A DNA stretch of 64,000 bases from Octopus bimaculoides (GCF_001194135.2 NC_068989.1:19450468-19514467), one strand, 5' to 3'. Counted from the stretch's first letter, positions 1 through 13,585 are shown. Program-made: numbers and translations. Notes: a model not told the origin generated them from the letters alone.

Positions 1-103
1 AAAGTACAGCAGAGTTTTTACATTTTGGCTCCAGCATTTTCGCAGGAGTAACCAGAACGAGGTTATGGACAACGTCTAACTGCCTCAGGGGCTCCGACAC
101 CTG

Positions 104-105
<2 letters not shown>

Positions 106-136
<31 letters not shown>

Positions 137-300
137 TCAGAGTTTACTTCCGAAGCCTTTCCTATGGCAAGGCAGCGGAGGTTTGGAGTCAGGGTGTGCC
201 TTCTCCTAAATGTGTTGCATCGCTCCATCTGCTCGACTGACTTGCTAAGCTACTACCCCGAGTCAGAGAAGACCTGTGAACCATAGTGGCTAAGATGTGG
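106..300 (-). mobile_element. Probable retroposon 3' end with poly(A) tail (poly-T 106-135)
   Basis: 30-nt T run next to an RTE-like UTR motif GGAGTCAGGGTGTGCCTTCTCCTA. Confidence 0.35.
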
Positions 301-762
301 TTCCGCACGCCTCAAAACACAGGAACCTTTCACGCAGGGTACCCCATTACTGCACAAAATAAGAGATACAACCAAATATGCGGGAATCAAGAGATATTAA
401 TATCTAACTGTCCAGAAAGATGGACAGAAATTGTATTTTTATTTCAAATCTCTAAATATCAGTGTTAGAATATTTTGGTATTTTATTTTATCGACCCCGG
501 TGGGAGGAAAGGGAAAGGTCATTTCGGTCGGATTTGAACTTAGAACATAAAGATCCAGATATACCACATTTATTCCGACGCTCTTAAAGATTCTGCCAAC
601 TCACTGCTGTGAACAGATAGTAATAAAACAAATCAGATTCAGAAAATCAGCATGTAATTAAACCGCCTTAATTGTTAAATTGATGATAATTGCTATTATA
701 AAAAAAAAATTAAAAATTATCAATCAGAGCCTGTTACAGTTCCACACAGTTGATAAAGCATT

Positions 763-986
763 TCCGATTCTGAAAAAACATTGTTTGAAAAATTTCAATT
801 CCCCTCCCCCACCAAGCAGGCTATTTACATGCTAGAAATAACAGCCAAATCTCACAAAACTAGTGTTAGGTTTAGGGTTAGGGTTAGGTTTACCCTGTGG
901 ATCTATATAAAAACCGGGTGGGGGGGGATCGAAATTTTGAAACAGATTTTTGAAAATTTTTTTTCAGAATCGGAATCTCCATAGCC
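763..986. mobile_element. Truncated second copy of the TTAGGG-bearing MITE
   Basis: TTCCGATTCTGAAAAAA...TTTTCAGAATCGGAATCTCCATAGCC, core near-identical to 18990-19250, 4 telomere-like units at 866-889. Confidence 0.8.
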
Positions 987-1348
987 AGAGGATTAATGTG
1001 CATGAATGGATCGTCCATATTGTATTTATGAACACGTGTGGGAAAGAAACTTGCTTAGGGAATGCTTAAAGCGCTTCCATTACCGCCTAAAAATTTAGGG
1101 GATTCGCTACTTCGTTTTATAACGTTTATTTTTACGCTTTCATGCCTCTCACTCTCAAACTATTCTATCCCTCTCCTCTATCATACCCGCTTCTCTTTCT
1201 AAGCGTTCATTACTCATTGCTTCCCACCAAATCGCATCCACCACACGTCTTATATTAACTCTTTCTGTACCTTTCCTCCTCTTTATTTAGAGGTCAAGCG
1301 TAATTAGAGAAATCACTCAACCAAAATTTATATGGCTAATTATTATAG

Positions 1349-1442
1349 AGATTTCAGCAAATACGAGGGAGACAACTCTGGACATTTCAACATTACTGGA
1401 CGTCCTCGACGAAGCGTAGCTTTACCGAATATGCTGAAATAA
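1349..1442 (+). CDS. Candidate terminal coding exon (DFSKYEGDNSGHFNITGRPRRSVALPNMLK*) of a gene entering from the left
   Basis: Branch-like CTAAT then tatag|1349, 30 open codons to TAA 1440-1442, AATAAA at 1662. No homology recognised. Confidence 0.3.
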
Positions 1443-2418
1443 CGATGTAGCAGTATAATAGATGTATATATACGATATATATAATAACAGGAGTGCAAAT
1501 TAACATATTTAACAATTAAAACAACGCTTCCATGACGTCTATGCTTCACTGAAGCGGTTAAATTTATCCAGAGTTGTCTCCCGTGCTTGTTAAAATGATT
1601 AAAATAATTCCACACAATATAATATTGAAATCAAATATCTATAGTGTAGAAACTTATACGAAATAAAAGTAGTTTAAAGAGTTTGGGCAATAACAATTAA
1701 AATGGATCTCCCTCTATTATACACGGCACGAAGAGATACTGGTGTTCCGCATAAGTGTTTCTAATTAAATTTTTTTTAATGCATACTACATGTTAACCCT
1801 AACTTACGTATTGTAATTTTTCGTAGGGATAGCATGAGTTAATTAACTTAAATTGTCTTCAAATTTTTTTTTTCTTTTTGTCGTTGAATATCAGATTTTG
1901 TGGATAACGACGAGAAATTGGTTCATTGAGACACCTTTTAATCCTTCAACGAAAGTATCGATTCAAAGCCCTCGAGCAACAAGTTTTCTATGAACCTCAT
2001 GTTCTATGACCTCGTGTAGTGGGCTAAGAAACTGCAACTGCGATAAAACCGACCAAAAACAAATCTGAAGAAAACTGTATAAAAATGTTAAAAGCGAATG
2101 AGATCAACGAATTCGTGGTTATAGGGAGCGGAGATAAAGAATACGTACACCACCCGTTTTTGGCGAAACAAAAACCCGAACCCTAACCCCTAAACACTGG
2201 TTGTGCGTATTCTTTACCTTCGACGTAATAAGGTTATGGCAGAAGCCAACAATATGATTTTAGATTTCAAACACTTTTAGAGGGAGTTACAGCCTACAAA
2301 TTACTTAGATAATCTCAGCTAATCTCCGCCTTACTACATTACGTATATACGAGATCTTACCGTGCTTTTTTCTGACAACAAGAAATCATTAAAAAGGTTC
2401 TATTAAAATTTCAGACAC

Positions 2419-2803
2419 ATGGTATCTTATTTTATAAACTGTGAAGGGCAGAAGTCAAAGTTGCCCTCAGTACGTAAAGATTTAGAACTGAATAACCACA
2501 AGTATGTTTACCTTTTTGTCCGATAGACTTTGTCAATCCACCGTGTTACTGAATTGGTCATGTTTTTGTCTTTCTTCGGACTTCTGCAACTCGTGGAAAA
2601 TAACTTCCAGATATAACTCAGGAGAGGTTACTAATTTGTATAAAATGACTCAGCAAAATGGAGCAACAAAGCTTGTAAAAAAACCTTATTGTTCCAATCT
2701 TTTGGGTCCAGTACAGAAAGAATTCAGTGAGCAATGCAAATTTCACGATTCTCGGTCATTCTTATTCTTTTTCTCTCAAACATACAATAAGACAAATTTC
2801 TGA
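2419..2803 (+). CDS. Candidate two-exon 91-aa ORF (2419-2501 + 2611-2803)
   Basis: ttcag|2415, ATG 2419, donor AA|GTATGT 2502, acceptor ttccag|2611, phases compatible. Competing minus-strand splice signals exist in the same region. Confidence 0.22.
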
Positions 2804-4872
2804 CCTCTTGCAGCCTCTTATTAGTCAAATATAAATATCGAAATACAATAAATATATTCTATATATATACACACACACACAAACATTTAATTAGAAAATA
2901 TTTAGAATATATTTGTAAGTTTAGAAGAAAGTAGTCTAGAAACTTCGCGAAATTTCTAGAAAGAGGTGTGGTTCCTTTTTTGTTAGCAGGCCATATTTAA
3001 ATTTTTAAAAAAAGTTACTAGTGAAGTCTTATTTAATGAAATATAATCATTCATGTGTAAAAGAAAAAAGAATTTCGGAATAAGCATCACCACTAACCTT
3101 TTTATTTCAAAAATCCTACAAATTTCTGTTTTAAACACATTTTTAATTATTTTGAACAATTACAAGCATAGATGAAAAAACAAATATGCATTTCTGAAAT
3201 CCACAATTAATAGTAAAGAGAAGCTTTAAATACAATGTATTCAATTAAAATATGTCCCAGTGTTATTATTTTCCCTCAAACGAACTTATTTCAGAACATC
3301 GCACTTAGCCCTTCAGAAGTCCGCATGTGACTTAAAGGCCGAAAGTTCTCCATCGCTTATTAATACAAAGTGAAAGTATTGCAATTCGGGTCCTTATCCC
3401 TATATCAGAAATCAGTTTTTGTGAATAGAATATTAAAAAGAAATTTTGTGTTTCTATTCATCGATGTACTTATGAATATAAATAATTATTTTCAATAGCA
3501 AATTAATATTTTATAATTAAATAACTAAAATGAAAAATTAAACATGAATAAAATGAAATAATTTTTATAATAAAGAAATAACAAAAAATTCTTCAATGCG
3601 TAAAACTTAAAATACTGTGATTTTCCTAAAATAATATCACATCATAATTACAGAACTAGAACAGGAGAAATCTTATTTACCTGTTGGAACTGTGATTGCA
3701 AATGGTAAAATCCATGTTCTTCGAAATTATGTAATCCATAAATTTGGTAAAATCCACAAATCAAAGAAAAAGAATTTCAAGTAAAAAAATTCTTCAAGAA
3801 ATCTTTTGGGTATCCGTTGAAAAATTGTTATTATTAATGTTTTCCTTTCACTCTTTCTTTAAAAACAAAATGTGCATGTGTAGCGAAATGCACATGTAGA
3901 AATAACACAGGTGGAGGGATATGTGTGTGAACCTAGATATAATTTTTTAATTAGTCTCCCTCTTTTACTTCTCTACACACAACTGTTTTTTTTTTCTTTT
4001 GACATCGACTTCAAGCCTATTGCTGTATGGGAAGTTGTGAAGTTCATGCATTTCTTAAAACGCTGTGATACTATAAAATAAACTCTTAGCAACAGTTGTC
4101 GACTTCACTAAACTTTCGCACGTAAAGCACTAACTTTTTTTTTAATGATGCTAAATATATATTAGCAAAATTTAAAATAAGGAGTGAAAAAGGAATACAT
4201 ATTTCTCAGTTACGGAGAAATTAAGAGCTCAAAAGAGAGAAAGAATGAAATAGGAGGAAAAAACACGTGCAGTTGTGTTATGAGGCGCACCTTGTCAGGG
4301 GCGATAATTCAACCACAAACAAGTTATTTATATAAGCAGAGGGGCCAGAGATTCGCCGAAGACGGGTTGCTTGTTTAACATCAACTCAGTACTATGACCA
4401 AATATGTACCAACTATGACTGTCCTATCTAATTCTTTTCAGAAACAATGTATCTAAAATTCTATTATCCAGTCTTATTCCTACTTTTTTAAAGATGGTAG
4501 TGTGTGATTTGTATGAGAATCAGTTGCTTTTCAAGCAGTCGACATTCCTTACATTACCTGGTATTTATTTTATCGATCTTGGAGGTATAAGAACTCAGAA
4601 CGTTGCAGTCGCTCAACGATTTCTACATAGATCGTTGAGGCCATTTGTAATGAATTCCTATCGAACTATAGTGGTGTGGTAAACTTAGCACTGGACATGC
4701 GAAGAAATATACGAACGAAGTAAACAGTATGAACTGGATTTCCTGAAAATCGCTTTATTTAACAACTGCCTCGAACAGTGTAAAATATAAAATTGCAGGG
4801 ATGGTTGTGTGCTTAAGAAGCTCGCTTTGCGACCATATACTTTTGAGTTCAATCTGACTGGGTGGCATCTTC

Positions 4873-5066
4873 TACGAGGGCGTGCTGAAAAGGAGGATCG
4901 GTTAATTATGATTTTATTCCACTTATTCCCCTCTCAGATTCACACACTTATTGCAGCGAGCCTTCAGTTTTTCTAAGCCCTGTAAAAGAATGCGGAAGGT
5001 TGGCCCCCACCAACCAGACTTTTCGCGACACTCTTAAAGCCAGGAACTTTTCAGCATCTCATCATA
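4873..5066. mobile_element. mariner-type MITE inserted at TA inside a SINE
   Basis: TACGAGGGCGTGCTGAAAAG...CTTTTCAGCATCTCATCATA. The host SINE sequence cttcTA|ctac resumes after it. Confidence 0.7.
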
Positions 5067-6434
5067 CTACAGCCCTACACCGACCAATGCTTTGTGAGTG
5101 ATGTGTGTGTGTGAACCCCTCCACACACATACATTGCTTGACAACTGGTACTGGTTTGTTTACGCTGTCATAACCTAGCGGTTCGCAAAAGCGATTGATG
5201 GATTAAGTACCCAACTTAAAAAAACATAAATACTAGTATCGATTCGTTCGACTAAAACCCTTTGGGACGCTGCACCAGCAGGGTCACAGACCAATGACTG
5301 AAACAAGCAGAAAAAAGTTTTTAAAAAAAACACATGGTATGTAAAAGAAAATGATAAATACTTATCACCTTCTTCAGGGTTAGAAGAATACGGTATGAAT
5401 GTCAGTCTTTTTAAAATTAAATCTATGTAGTTTTGCCATCAACTTGGAAGAATGATAAAAGCTGTGTCATTGTCAAATAGGCTGTCATGAACAGCTTCCT
5501 CATTTGATCCCAACTGACATATCAATTTAATGACCATACAACTCCCCCTGTACCTATTCTCTTCACAATTCACTGACACCAACTACCAACTGATTGGAAG
5601 GAGTATTTACGATATTTTCAAGACCATAGTTACAGGTGAGAATATTGAAGGTTAACCTCCAGAAATTCCACTTCGCCAACAAGTGGAATATGTTAGCTTT
5701 AACCAACCTGGAAGGGAATGATGATTTTTAAAATCTATGTGCATAACTGAGGAGACTTTATGAGGTGCTGAACTGATAGTTGTATAAAATAATAACAGTA
5801 CATCGGGAAGAATATCTCTGTGTTAGTTGCAAATTATAAGTTATGAAAGCAATAGCCATTTCCTTCATAACTGTCTAGTAGCATTCACACTGCTGGACTA
5901 AGTAGCATGACTAAATCCCCACATTCTGAGAGGTTATTTTATTATTAGTGCAGTACTATACTACCTTTAACATTTATGAAGGACCAGACATTTAAGGTTG
6001 ATGCAATACTAGGGATTTTAAGATCCAATACACTTTAATCCTAATAATCAAATTGAATGACAATAAATTGGCAGATTTACTTTTCTTTGCTTGATGCTAC
6101 TTTAGTAATTGCCGTTATATTTTCTTTATTTGCTTCTCAGTCTTTTGGCTAGGATCAAAGTGTAGTATTATATTTTCTTTACTCTAATATATTAAACTTA
6201 TGCAACAATGTAGCTTAATTATTTGTTTTCTCATAAATAAGACGAGAAAAACAAATTATGTTATTAGTAACATATTATAGATCCTATAACCCTTGCATTA
6301 AGTTAAATCAAAACTTTTAAACAGGTAGGAAATATTTTGTAGTGTACAGTTTGTATATACCATTATACAAAACTATAGCTAAAAAATTGAAATTAATATT
6401 GTTACATTTTCAACATTAGATAGCAACAAATTTA

Positions 6435-7420
6435 GTGTATAGGTACAAGTTCACCAGGGTTCAATTTTGAGTTCACTCCTATTCATCATACACCTCCAGG
6501 CCATAACAGAGGAATTTAAAACCAGTTGCCCTTGGGAATTACCATATACTGATGACTTAATTCTTATAGTAGAATCTATAGGAAAATTGGAAAAGAAGTT
6601 CCAGGTGTGAAAGTAAAACCTGGAATGAAAGGGTCTTAAAATTAACTTAAACCAAAGTTCCAGCTACCAGGAAAACAGACAGAAAGGGCCCTGTTTGATA
6701 TTTTGGAAAATTGTTGGTAGAAATCCCATACAATGTACTCAGTGCAAGCTATGGACATAGAAGTGGTGCAATGGGATCACAGAAAGGTTAATAGAGAAAG
6801 TAGACTTTGTAAGTGGAAGATACACATGAGTAGTAAACACTAAGAACATACAAGAAACAGATTTTCTCAAATGCTGAAGAGGTTCTTTCGAGGCAGTAGA
6901 TACTTTCTGTTACTTAGGTAACCTAATTAGCAGTGGAGGATGATGTTCTGAAAGTATAGTTACATGAATAAGAATAGGGTGGAGAAAGTTCAGAGAACTG
7001 TTAACTCTTGGTAACAAAAGGTCTTCCCCTCATACAAAAAGGCAGGTATTTGGTGCTTGTCTATGAACAGTAATGCTACATGGTAGTGAGATATAGACCT
7101 TGAACACTGAGAACATACAAAGACTAGAAAAAAATGAAGTATGCTCCATTTGAAGTGCAGTGTCAGTGTGCATGTATAACAAAGTGCAAATGTGTTGAGA
7201 GGAAAACTGAGCAGAAAAGGAATAAAATGTAATGTGCAAGAAAGAAGGCTATGCTTCTATGACCATGTGATGTATATGGATGGGAATAGCCATATAAAGA
7301 AGTGGATAGAACTTGTGAAGAGGCAGATCCAGGATGAAGTAGTGAAGACTAATCTCAGGATGTTGATCCTCATGGAGGAGATGACATAAGATTGAGATGA
7401 TTGGTAATTCACTGTGCTCA
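6435..7420 (+). mobile_element. Decayed RTE-clade LINE fragment (RT to C-terminus)
   Basis: Degenerate VHQGSILS, GCPWEL-YTDDL, CTQCKLW, FCYLGNLIS, MLHGSE motifs shared with other copies. Confidence 0.75.
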
Positions 7421-10400
7421 AGAAGACACATGTGTCTCAACATAAGTCAGGTCCTACAAGCATTGTGTTTATATTTATACATTCACTGGGCTCAGCCTCT
7501 ACACCCAATCTTCCCCTATTTAACCTTTCCTACCTTTTAACTTCCTAACACCCATTCCCCTACCCTTGTAACTACATCACTATTCAGCTGCTATAATCAA
7601 TTGAGAGCATGACATGCACATATTGCATCCCTCTATTTTGCTATCAGTTACCTCCCCCTTTCCCTTGAACTAATTCCTTTAAAATCCATCACTCATTCCT
7701 TACCACATTATATTTCAATGACCACCCTTTTCTGTAACTCCAGTTATCTCTCTTTCTCCTCTCGGACACATCTTAGGACTGCCATTAGCTTATCTCTAAC
7801 ACTCTCTCTTAGCTGCTATCATTCTTATCATGTTGTCATTGTCTATCTACTGTTGATTGAACCTACTCACTACATACTTCTGACCTCCATCTCTGTCACT
7901 GTAGTTTGTATTATACAGGCTTCAGTTCTATACAGATTTGACAAGAAATGCATGTTTTATTGACATATTCAAGATAAAATTAACCATTTTTATGATATAC
8001 TTTAGAAAGCAAGAATTAATACAAAGGTAGAATTGATGTGAATCAGAATTTCACCGAACTTCTGCAGTTAAACAAAACTTAATAGAACATATTGCATTAA
8101 GAAGAAAGCACATGGAACGGTTTATGGTAAAGATAATAAATAGTCTAGGTTGTTTAACTAAATCATTAATAGGCAGCTTAAACTGATCTCCAGTTCTGCC
8201 AAATTCAAGTTAAACATTTCACCAGTTTACACAAACATACAGACATTCACTCTCTTTTTTCATGGAGTATAAGATGTAGTAAATATGGTGCCATACTACT
8301 TGCCAAATTCGTCATTCTTTTACTAAAGAGTATTTCATTAAGAGATAAATCATTGAGATTTAATTAGTGATGCTACCTACATAAAATCCAGTAATTAAGT
8401 GAATATTAACATATTTGGTATAATGAATATTAAAAATCTAATTAGAAATACTTATGCAATGAGGAAAAGAATAATTGTGCAATGACTGATGCTGGGATTA
8501 TTTTAATCATTTGTGCAAGTATAGAATACCAATGCAGATATGTTTTAATCTAATAAGGCATCCTCAGTATGATATAGAGTTTGCTGTACTTACCAAAGTA
8601 GAGATAAGAGTTACTTTACACTCTGTACAATGCTGTAAAGTGAGTATTAGCATACTTAGTGTAGTGGGCTAAGAAATTTTAATTAGCCAAAATTAAATTC
8701 TTAGTGATGCAAATAAATTATTATTTAAATCACTATCGCAAGCCACCTCCACCTCCACCACCACACATACACACACAAAAATGAAAGGTAAACAACCATG
8801 AAATTTTAATTAATTAATTATAGGTGCCGGCATGGCTGTGTAGTTAAGAGTTTGCTTCCTGAACACATCGTTTCAGGTTCAGTCCCACTGTGTGGCACCT
8901 TGAGCAAGTGTCTTTAAATATAGCTCCAGGTTGACCAAATACTTGTGAGTCTATGCACTGCTTGACAACTGGTGTTGGTTTCTTTATGCCACAGTAACTT
9001 AGCAGTTTAGCAAAGGAGACCAATAGAATAAGTCCCAGACTTTTAAAAAAATGATAAGTATTGGGGAGAGTTTGTCTAAGGCAGTGCCCCAGCATGGCTG
9101 GAGTCTAAAGCCTAAAACAAAACAAAAAATAGAATGAAGTAAGAAGTGATTCTGATATCTAACAGATAACTCAGGACATGTTTTAATCTTATCTAAACTT
9201 CATCACTAATATAGTTTGTTGTAATAATTTAGAAGAATGACTCATGAAAAAAAACAAACCAGAAATTCCTGCAGCATAAATAGTAAAGTTGGTGCTAGCA
9301 TACTCAGTATAGTAATTCTTTTTATTCTTTTATTTGTTCCAATCATTTGACTGTGGCCATGCTGGAGCACCGCCTTTAGTCAAACAAATCGACCCCAGGA
9401 CTTATTCTTTGCAAGCCTAGTACTTAGTACTTATTCTATCGGTTTCTTTTGTCGAACCACTAAGTTATGGGGATGTAGACACGTCAATGTCAGTTGTCAA
9501 GCGATGGTGGGGGACAAACACACACACACACATACATATATCTATATATATATATATATATATATATAAAGATGAGAATATGTGTGTGTATGTGTCTGTC
9601 TATCTGTTGTATGTCTGTCTGTGTGAATCACTAAAACTTGAGAACTACACAAGCAATTTCATTCAAATTTTACACATGCCTTACCTAGGGTCCATGTAGT
9701 GTCATAGGCAAAAAAATTTTAAACTTCTTCCCTAGTGCGAGCCCAGAGCAATATCATATCTTCTCCACTACTTCTGTATTACATGTCACAAAAGTGAAAC
9801 AATAACATCTCTCAATTGTAATGTCACATACTTTCACTTTAATAGTTTCACTTTAATACTGAAACTATTAAAGTGAAACTATTAAAGTGAAACTATTATC
9901 TCACATATATACAGGCATACATACATATATATAATATACTAGCACTATAGCCTGGTTTCACATGGGATGAAGTTAAGATTACCTGAGTAATACCATCAAT
10001 TGAGGCAAATTTGGTGCCCGTACGTAAGTTTTGTAAGAGGAATAGAGAGGGCTATCTTCTCCCGCAGAGATGTGAGAGTCAGATCTATCCTTTCGAAAAC
10101 ATGAACAGTTTCGTAACATTGCTTACAAAATAATAGCTGATTGTTTGCGAAGGAGCGTGTCTACTTGCTATGTATAGAGCAACGGATTCAGCAAATTTGG
10201 AAATTAGTTGTGGAGAAACAGAATATCGTTTATATTGTGTATCACTCACTAAAAAGATGAAATTTTAAAAATCTGTTGTCATTTTCTCTCTCTTTCTCTC
10301 TGTCTTTACACCGTCACTAGAAGGGGACTTAACTCATGCTCCGACTTGAACATTGTTAGAAGTTATGGTTTAAAATTATTTTTAATGCAAAAATCCACCT

Positions 10401-11620
10401 GTTAGGAAGGAAGAAAAAAAAATAAATGGCCAATTCTGGGCATTTTCGACCATGAGGAATCCATTGGTGTGACTCCCAAATTGCTATCTTGTAAGGTGTG
10501 GATTTCTATAAATGCAACACACACACACACACACACACAGAGAAACACACCCACAATTTAGTCATTTTATCTAAGCATAGACTAATAAAGTTGTATTCTT
10601 GGAAGCTGTAGGGTCACCCAAGCATAAAAGATGAGCATTATTTGTAATTCAATGGTACAACAGTGTAAGAGTTTGCTTTGAGATATACTTAGATTGTGAT
10701 TTCTGCAATGTGGTGCATAAATTGTGAAGTAAATGAGAGGCATCTTTGCCTCCACTAATTCAGTTGCAAAGTATTGGGTAAAGTTATTTGGTTGCAGACC
10801 GCATTTCAGTCTTTTTATTATCACTGGGTCACACATAGTCCCCAGATCGTAACATTGATTTCAAGGCCTTCTCAGATGAGTGACTGATTATTCAAAGACA
10901 TTTATACATTCTAAATTTATTCTGTCCAGTTACCTATCGGTATAGTGGTCATATGCAAACTCCAGAGGTGACACTTTCATTTCTCCTTAGCCCTCACGTC
11001 ACACAGTTGTTAATGTTTATTTGAGTTGGGTCACGCCCTTCCAATTGCTATAGATCCGTAATGCATCTTACAGCTGTGCCTGTCACCTGTATAGTGAGGA
11101 ATCCCACATTGAGAGTGGTAACGACTAGGCTAGGGTAGCTGACTGCTTATTGTGATCATTCGTCTTTTGGTTTCCTGTAGCTTTGCTCTCTTTTACAAAC
11201 CCAGTGAACATACAATATATTTCCTATTTCCCAGAAATTCAAACAATAGATATAAGACCCAAGTTAAAAAGATTCTCAACAATTCAACTTCTCTGGTTGA
11301 CATTAAGATACACACCCCCAATAGGGGCCTTAACTCCCACATTTTAGAGCTCCATGACCTCCATTTTTCAGGAGCAAAATCCTTTTAACAGGTTCCATAA
11401 GACTGGAATTTTGGAATCTGCGCATAAAGATCAGTAGTATGGGATACATGTGTCATGATTAGAATTTTTTAGGGTGTGTAAAGAGGGAAAGAACCCTCAT
11501 CTGCAATTTTGATGAAATTCAAATCATAGATATTCCAGTTCATTTGAGAAAATATAACAGAAAAGTCTAATTCTTCAATTGCATGTAACACGGGCAACAA
11601 CAGGTATCTCTCTTAGTATA

Positions 11621-11655
<35 letters not shown>

Positions 11656-11656
<1 letters not shown>

Positions 11657-12974
11657 GAGCAATAAGAAAATGGAGGGGAATATGTGGTACTCATCAACTT
11701 GCAGACACTGTACTATGTGGTTAGCAGCTGTGTCAGGTGCCAGTCCATCGACCTTACTCTGGGCATACATGAGGCAGGAAGTATTCCAGTAGACCACAAC
11801 TGGAAACAACTGGCAGTGGACATAACACACTACCGGCTGGGGACATACTTCTCAGTGGTTGACTGCGGACCAGGGCGGTTGGCCATATGGAGGGAGATGA
11901 AGACAGGGACCACAGAGGAAATCATGAGAATACTAAATGAGATATTCCTGGAATGAAGCCCCGTGGATGAGCTGCTTCTGGATAATGGCACTGCATTTCG
12001 CTCGGAGGTGCTGAAAGAAATGCTTGATGGGTGGCAGGTCAGCCACTTCTTCAGGACGGCATACCGGCCAAGTGGAAATGGGGTGGTGGAAAGGCATCAT
12101 CGTACCATCAAGACCATGGCAGAGAGGAGCCACATTTCACCAATCAGGGCCGTATTTTGGTACAACATGTTGCCCATGTCAGGACAGGCTGAGGAGTCGG
12201 TGCCACACAGGGCAATATTCAGGTATGAGTGGAGGCATCCATGTATTGCATCAATGCGACCCGGAGGAGAGGAAGAGCATGTTTTCATGCAGGTCGGGGA
12301 AGAAGTTTGGGTAAAATCCCCAAATGCACGATGTACATCTCGATGGGGAAAGAGAACAATAGCCTCAATCAATTCGAAGAACAACGTCTCTGTCGATGGT
12401 ATGCCATGCCATGTTTTGGACTTGTGGAAGATTGTCAATGCCTCAGAGGATGGAACCAGCTGCAGTGGGCAAGAAAATGAAGAGAGCAGCAGAAGGCAAG
12501 ATGATGAAGCCAGCAGCAGCATGCCAGGAACTCAGGCCAGCCCCGGGGTCGCACAGCGACCACAGAGGGAGCAACACCCTCCTCCCTGATTGGCTGATTA
12601 TGAAACAAGTTAAGGTGTGAGTTTGGGAGTGAGGAGTGAGTGAGAAAGCTGGTTGAGTGATCTGTAGATCGGGGGCAGTGTAGTGTTTGTGGTGTTATGG
12701 GCTGTGATGAGCTATGTGGTGTTGGTGGAGAGGATTGCAGATGAGGTAAACGGAAGTGAAGACTGCAGGGGCCGGCGGAAGAGCCACAGGGACATGTGCA
12801 GGTAGAAAGCACGTGGGCGCAGTTCGATGAGAGACGGCGAGTGTGGAACGATGTGTTTTTCTTCACGATAACGACAGTGATTGCTCATCCCACCTCGGTC
12901 AACAGGTAAGGTCTCTGTATTTCTTTCTCCCTTTTGCTTCTTTTTCTGTTGTTTTTTTCCTCCATCACACAACA
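11656..12974 (+). mobile_element. Ty3/Gypsy LTR retrotransposon 3' half: integrase pseudogene, PPT and 3' LTR (12679-12974)
   Basis: ORFs 11684-11956 and 11963-12589 share a frame, split by one TGA. Motifs CVRCQ, DITHY, DNGTAF, NGVVERHHRTIK (D,D-35-E). Purine tract GATCGGGGGCAG precedes TGTAGTG...CACAACA termini. Confidence 0.85.
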
Positions 12975-13229
12975 CATTAATACCCCAGTGATTTATTTAT
13001 ATGCCAGTTGTTCTCTTCAAGGATTTCTACAACTTCAATGTATTGTTGTTGATGATGATGAAGATGGCTGTGGTGTTGTTTGGTGTGGTGTTTAACCCCA
13101 GATCACTACTGACTGAACAGAGGTATGAGAAAAAGCATTTCAGCTATAGTCATCCGGGTTTTTTTAGTTTTTTTTTTAATGCCATACAGGAGACTACATT
13201 ATCTGATGTGCCTTTTCCTTATTTAAGAC

Positions 13230-13585
13230 NNNNNNNNNNNNNNNNNNNNNNNNNNNNNNNNNNNNNNNNNNNNNNNNNNNNNNNNNNNNNNNNNNNNNNN
13301 NNNNNNNNNNNNNNNNNNNNNNNNNNNNNNNNNNNNNNNNNNNNNNNNNNNNNNNNNNNNNNNNNNNNNNNNNNNNNNNNNNNNNNNNNNNNNNNNNNNN
13401 NNNNNNNNNNNNNNNNNNNNNNNNNNNNNNNNNNNNNNNNNNNNNNNNNNNNNNNNNNNNNNNNNNNNNNNNNNNNNNNNNNNNNNNNNNNNNNNNNNNN
13501 NNNNNNNNNNNNNNNNNNNNNNNNNNNNNNNNNNNNNNNNNNNNNNNNNNNNNNNNNNNNNNNNNNNNNNNNNNNNNNNNNNNNN
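13230..13585. other. Assembly gap (others: 30143-30656, 32397-32802, 34385-34651, 42533-42658, 54771-54889)
   Basis: N runs. Confidence 1.

Noticed and set aside
5369-5442. Minus-strand exon-like segment as exon 2 of the MQPTSATINQK gene
   Set aside because: Stops in all three frames; cannot extend a protein.
8047-8127. Protein-like + frame FHRTSAVKQNLIEHIALRRKHMERFM with a GTAAAG donor
   Set aside because: Acceptor lacks a pyrimidine tract and no phase-compatible neighbouring exon was found; left unassigned.
12024-12975. Multiple overlapping 70-140 aa ORFs on both strands
   Set aside because: Shadow frames of the GC-richer Gypsy integrase and LTR.
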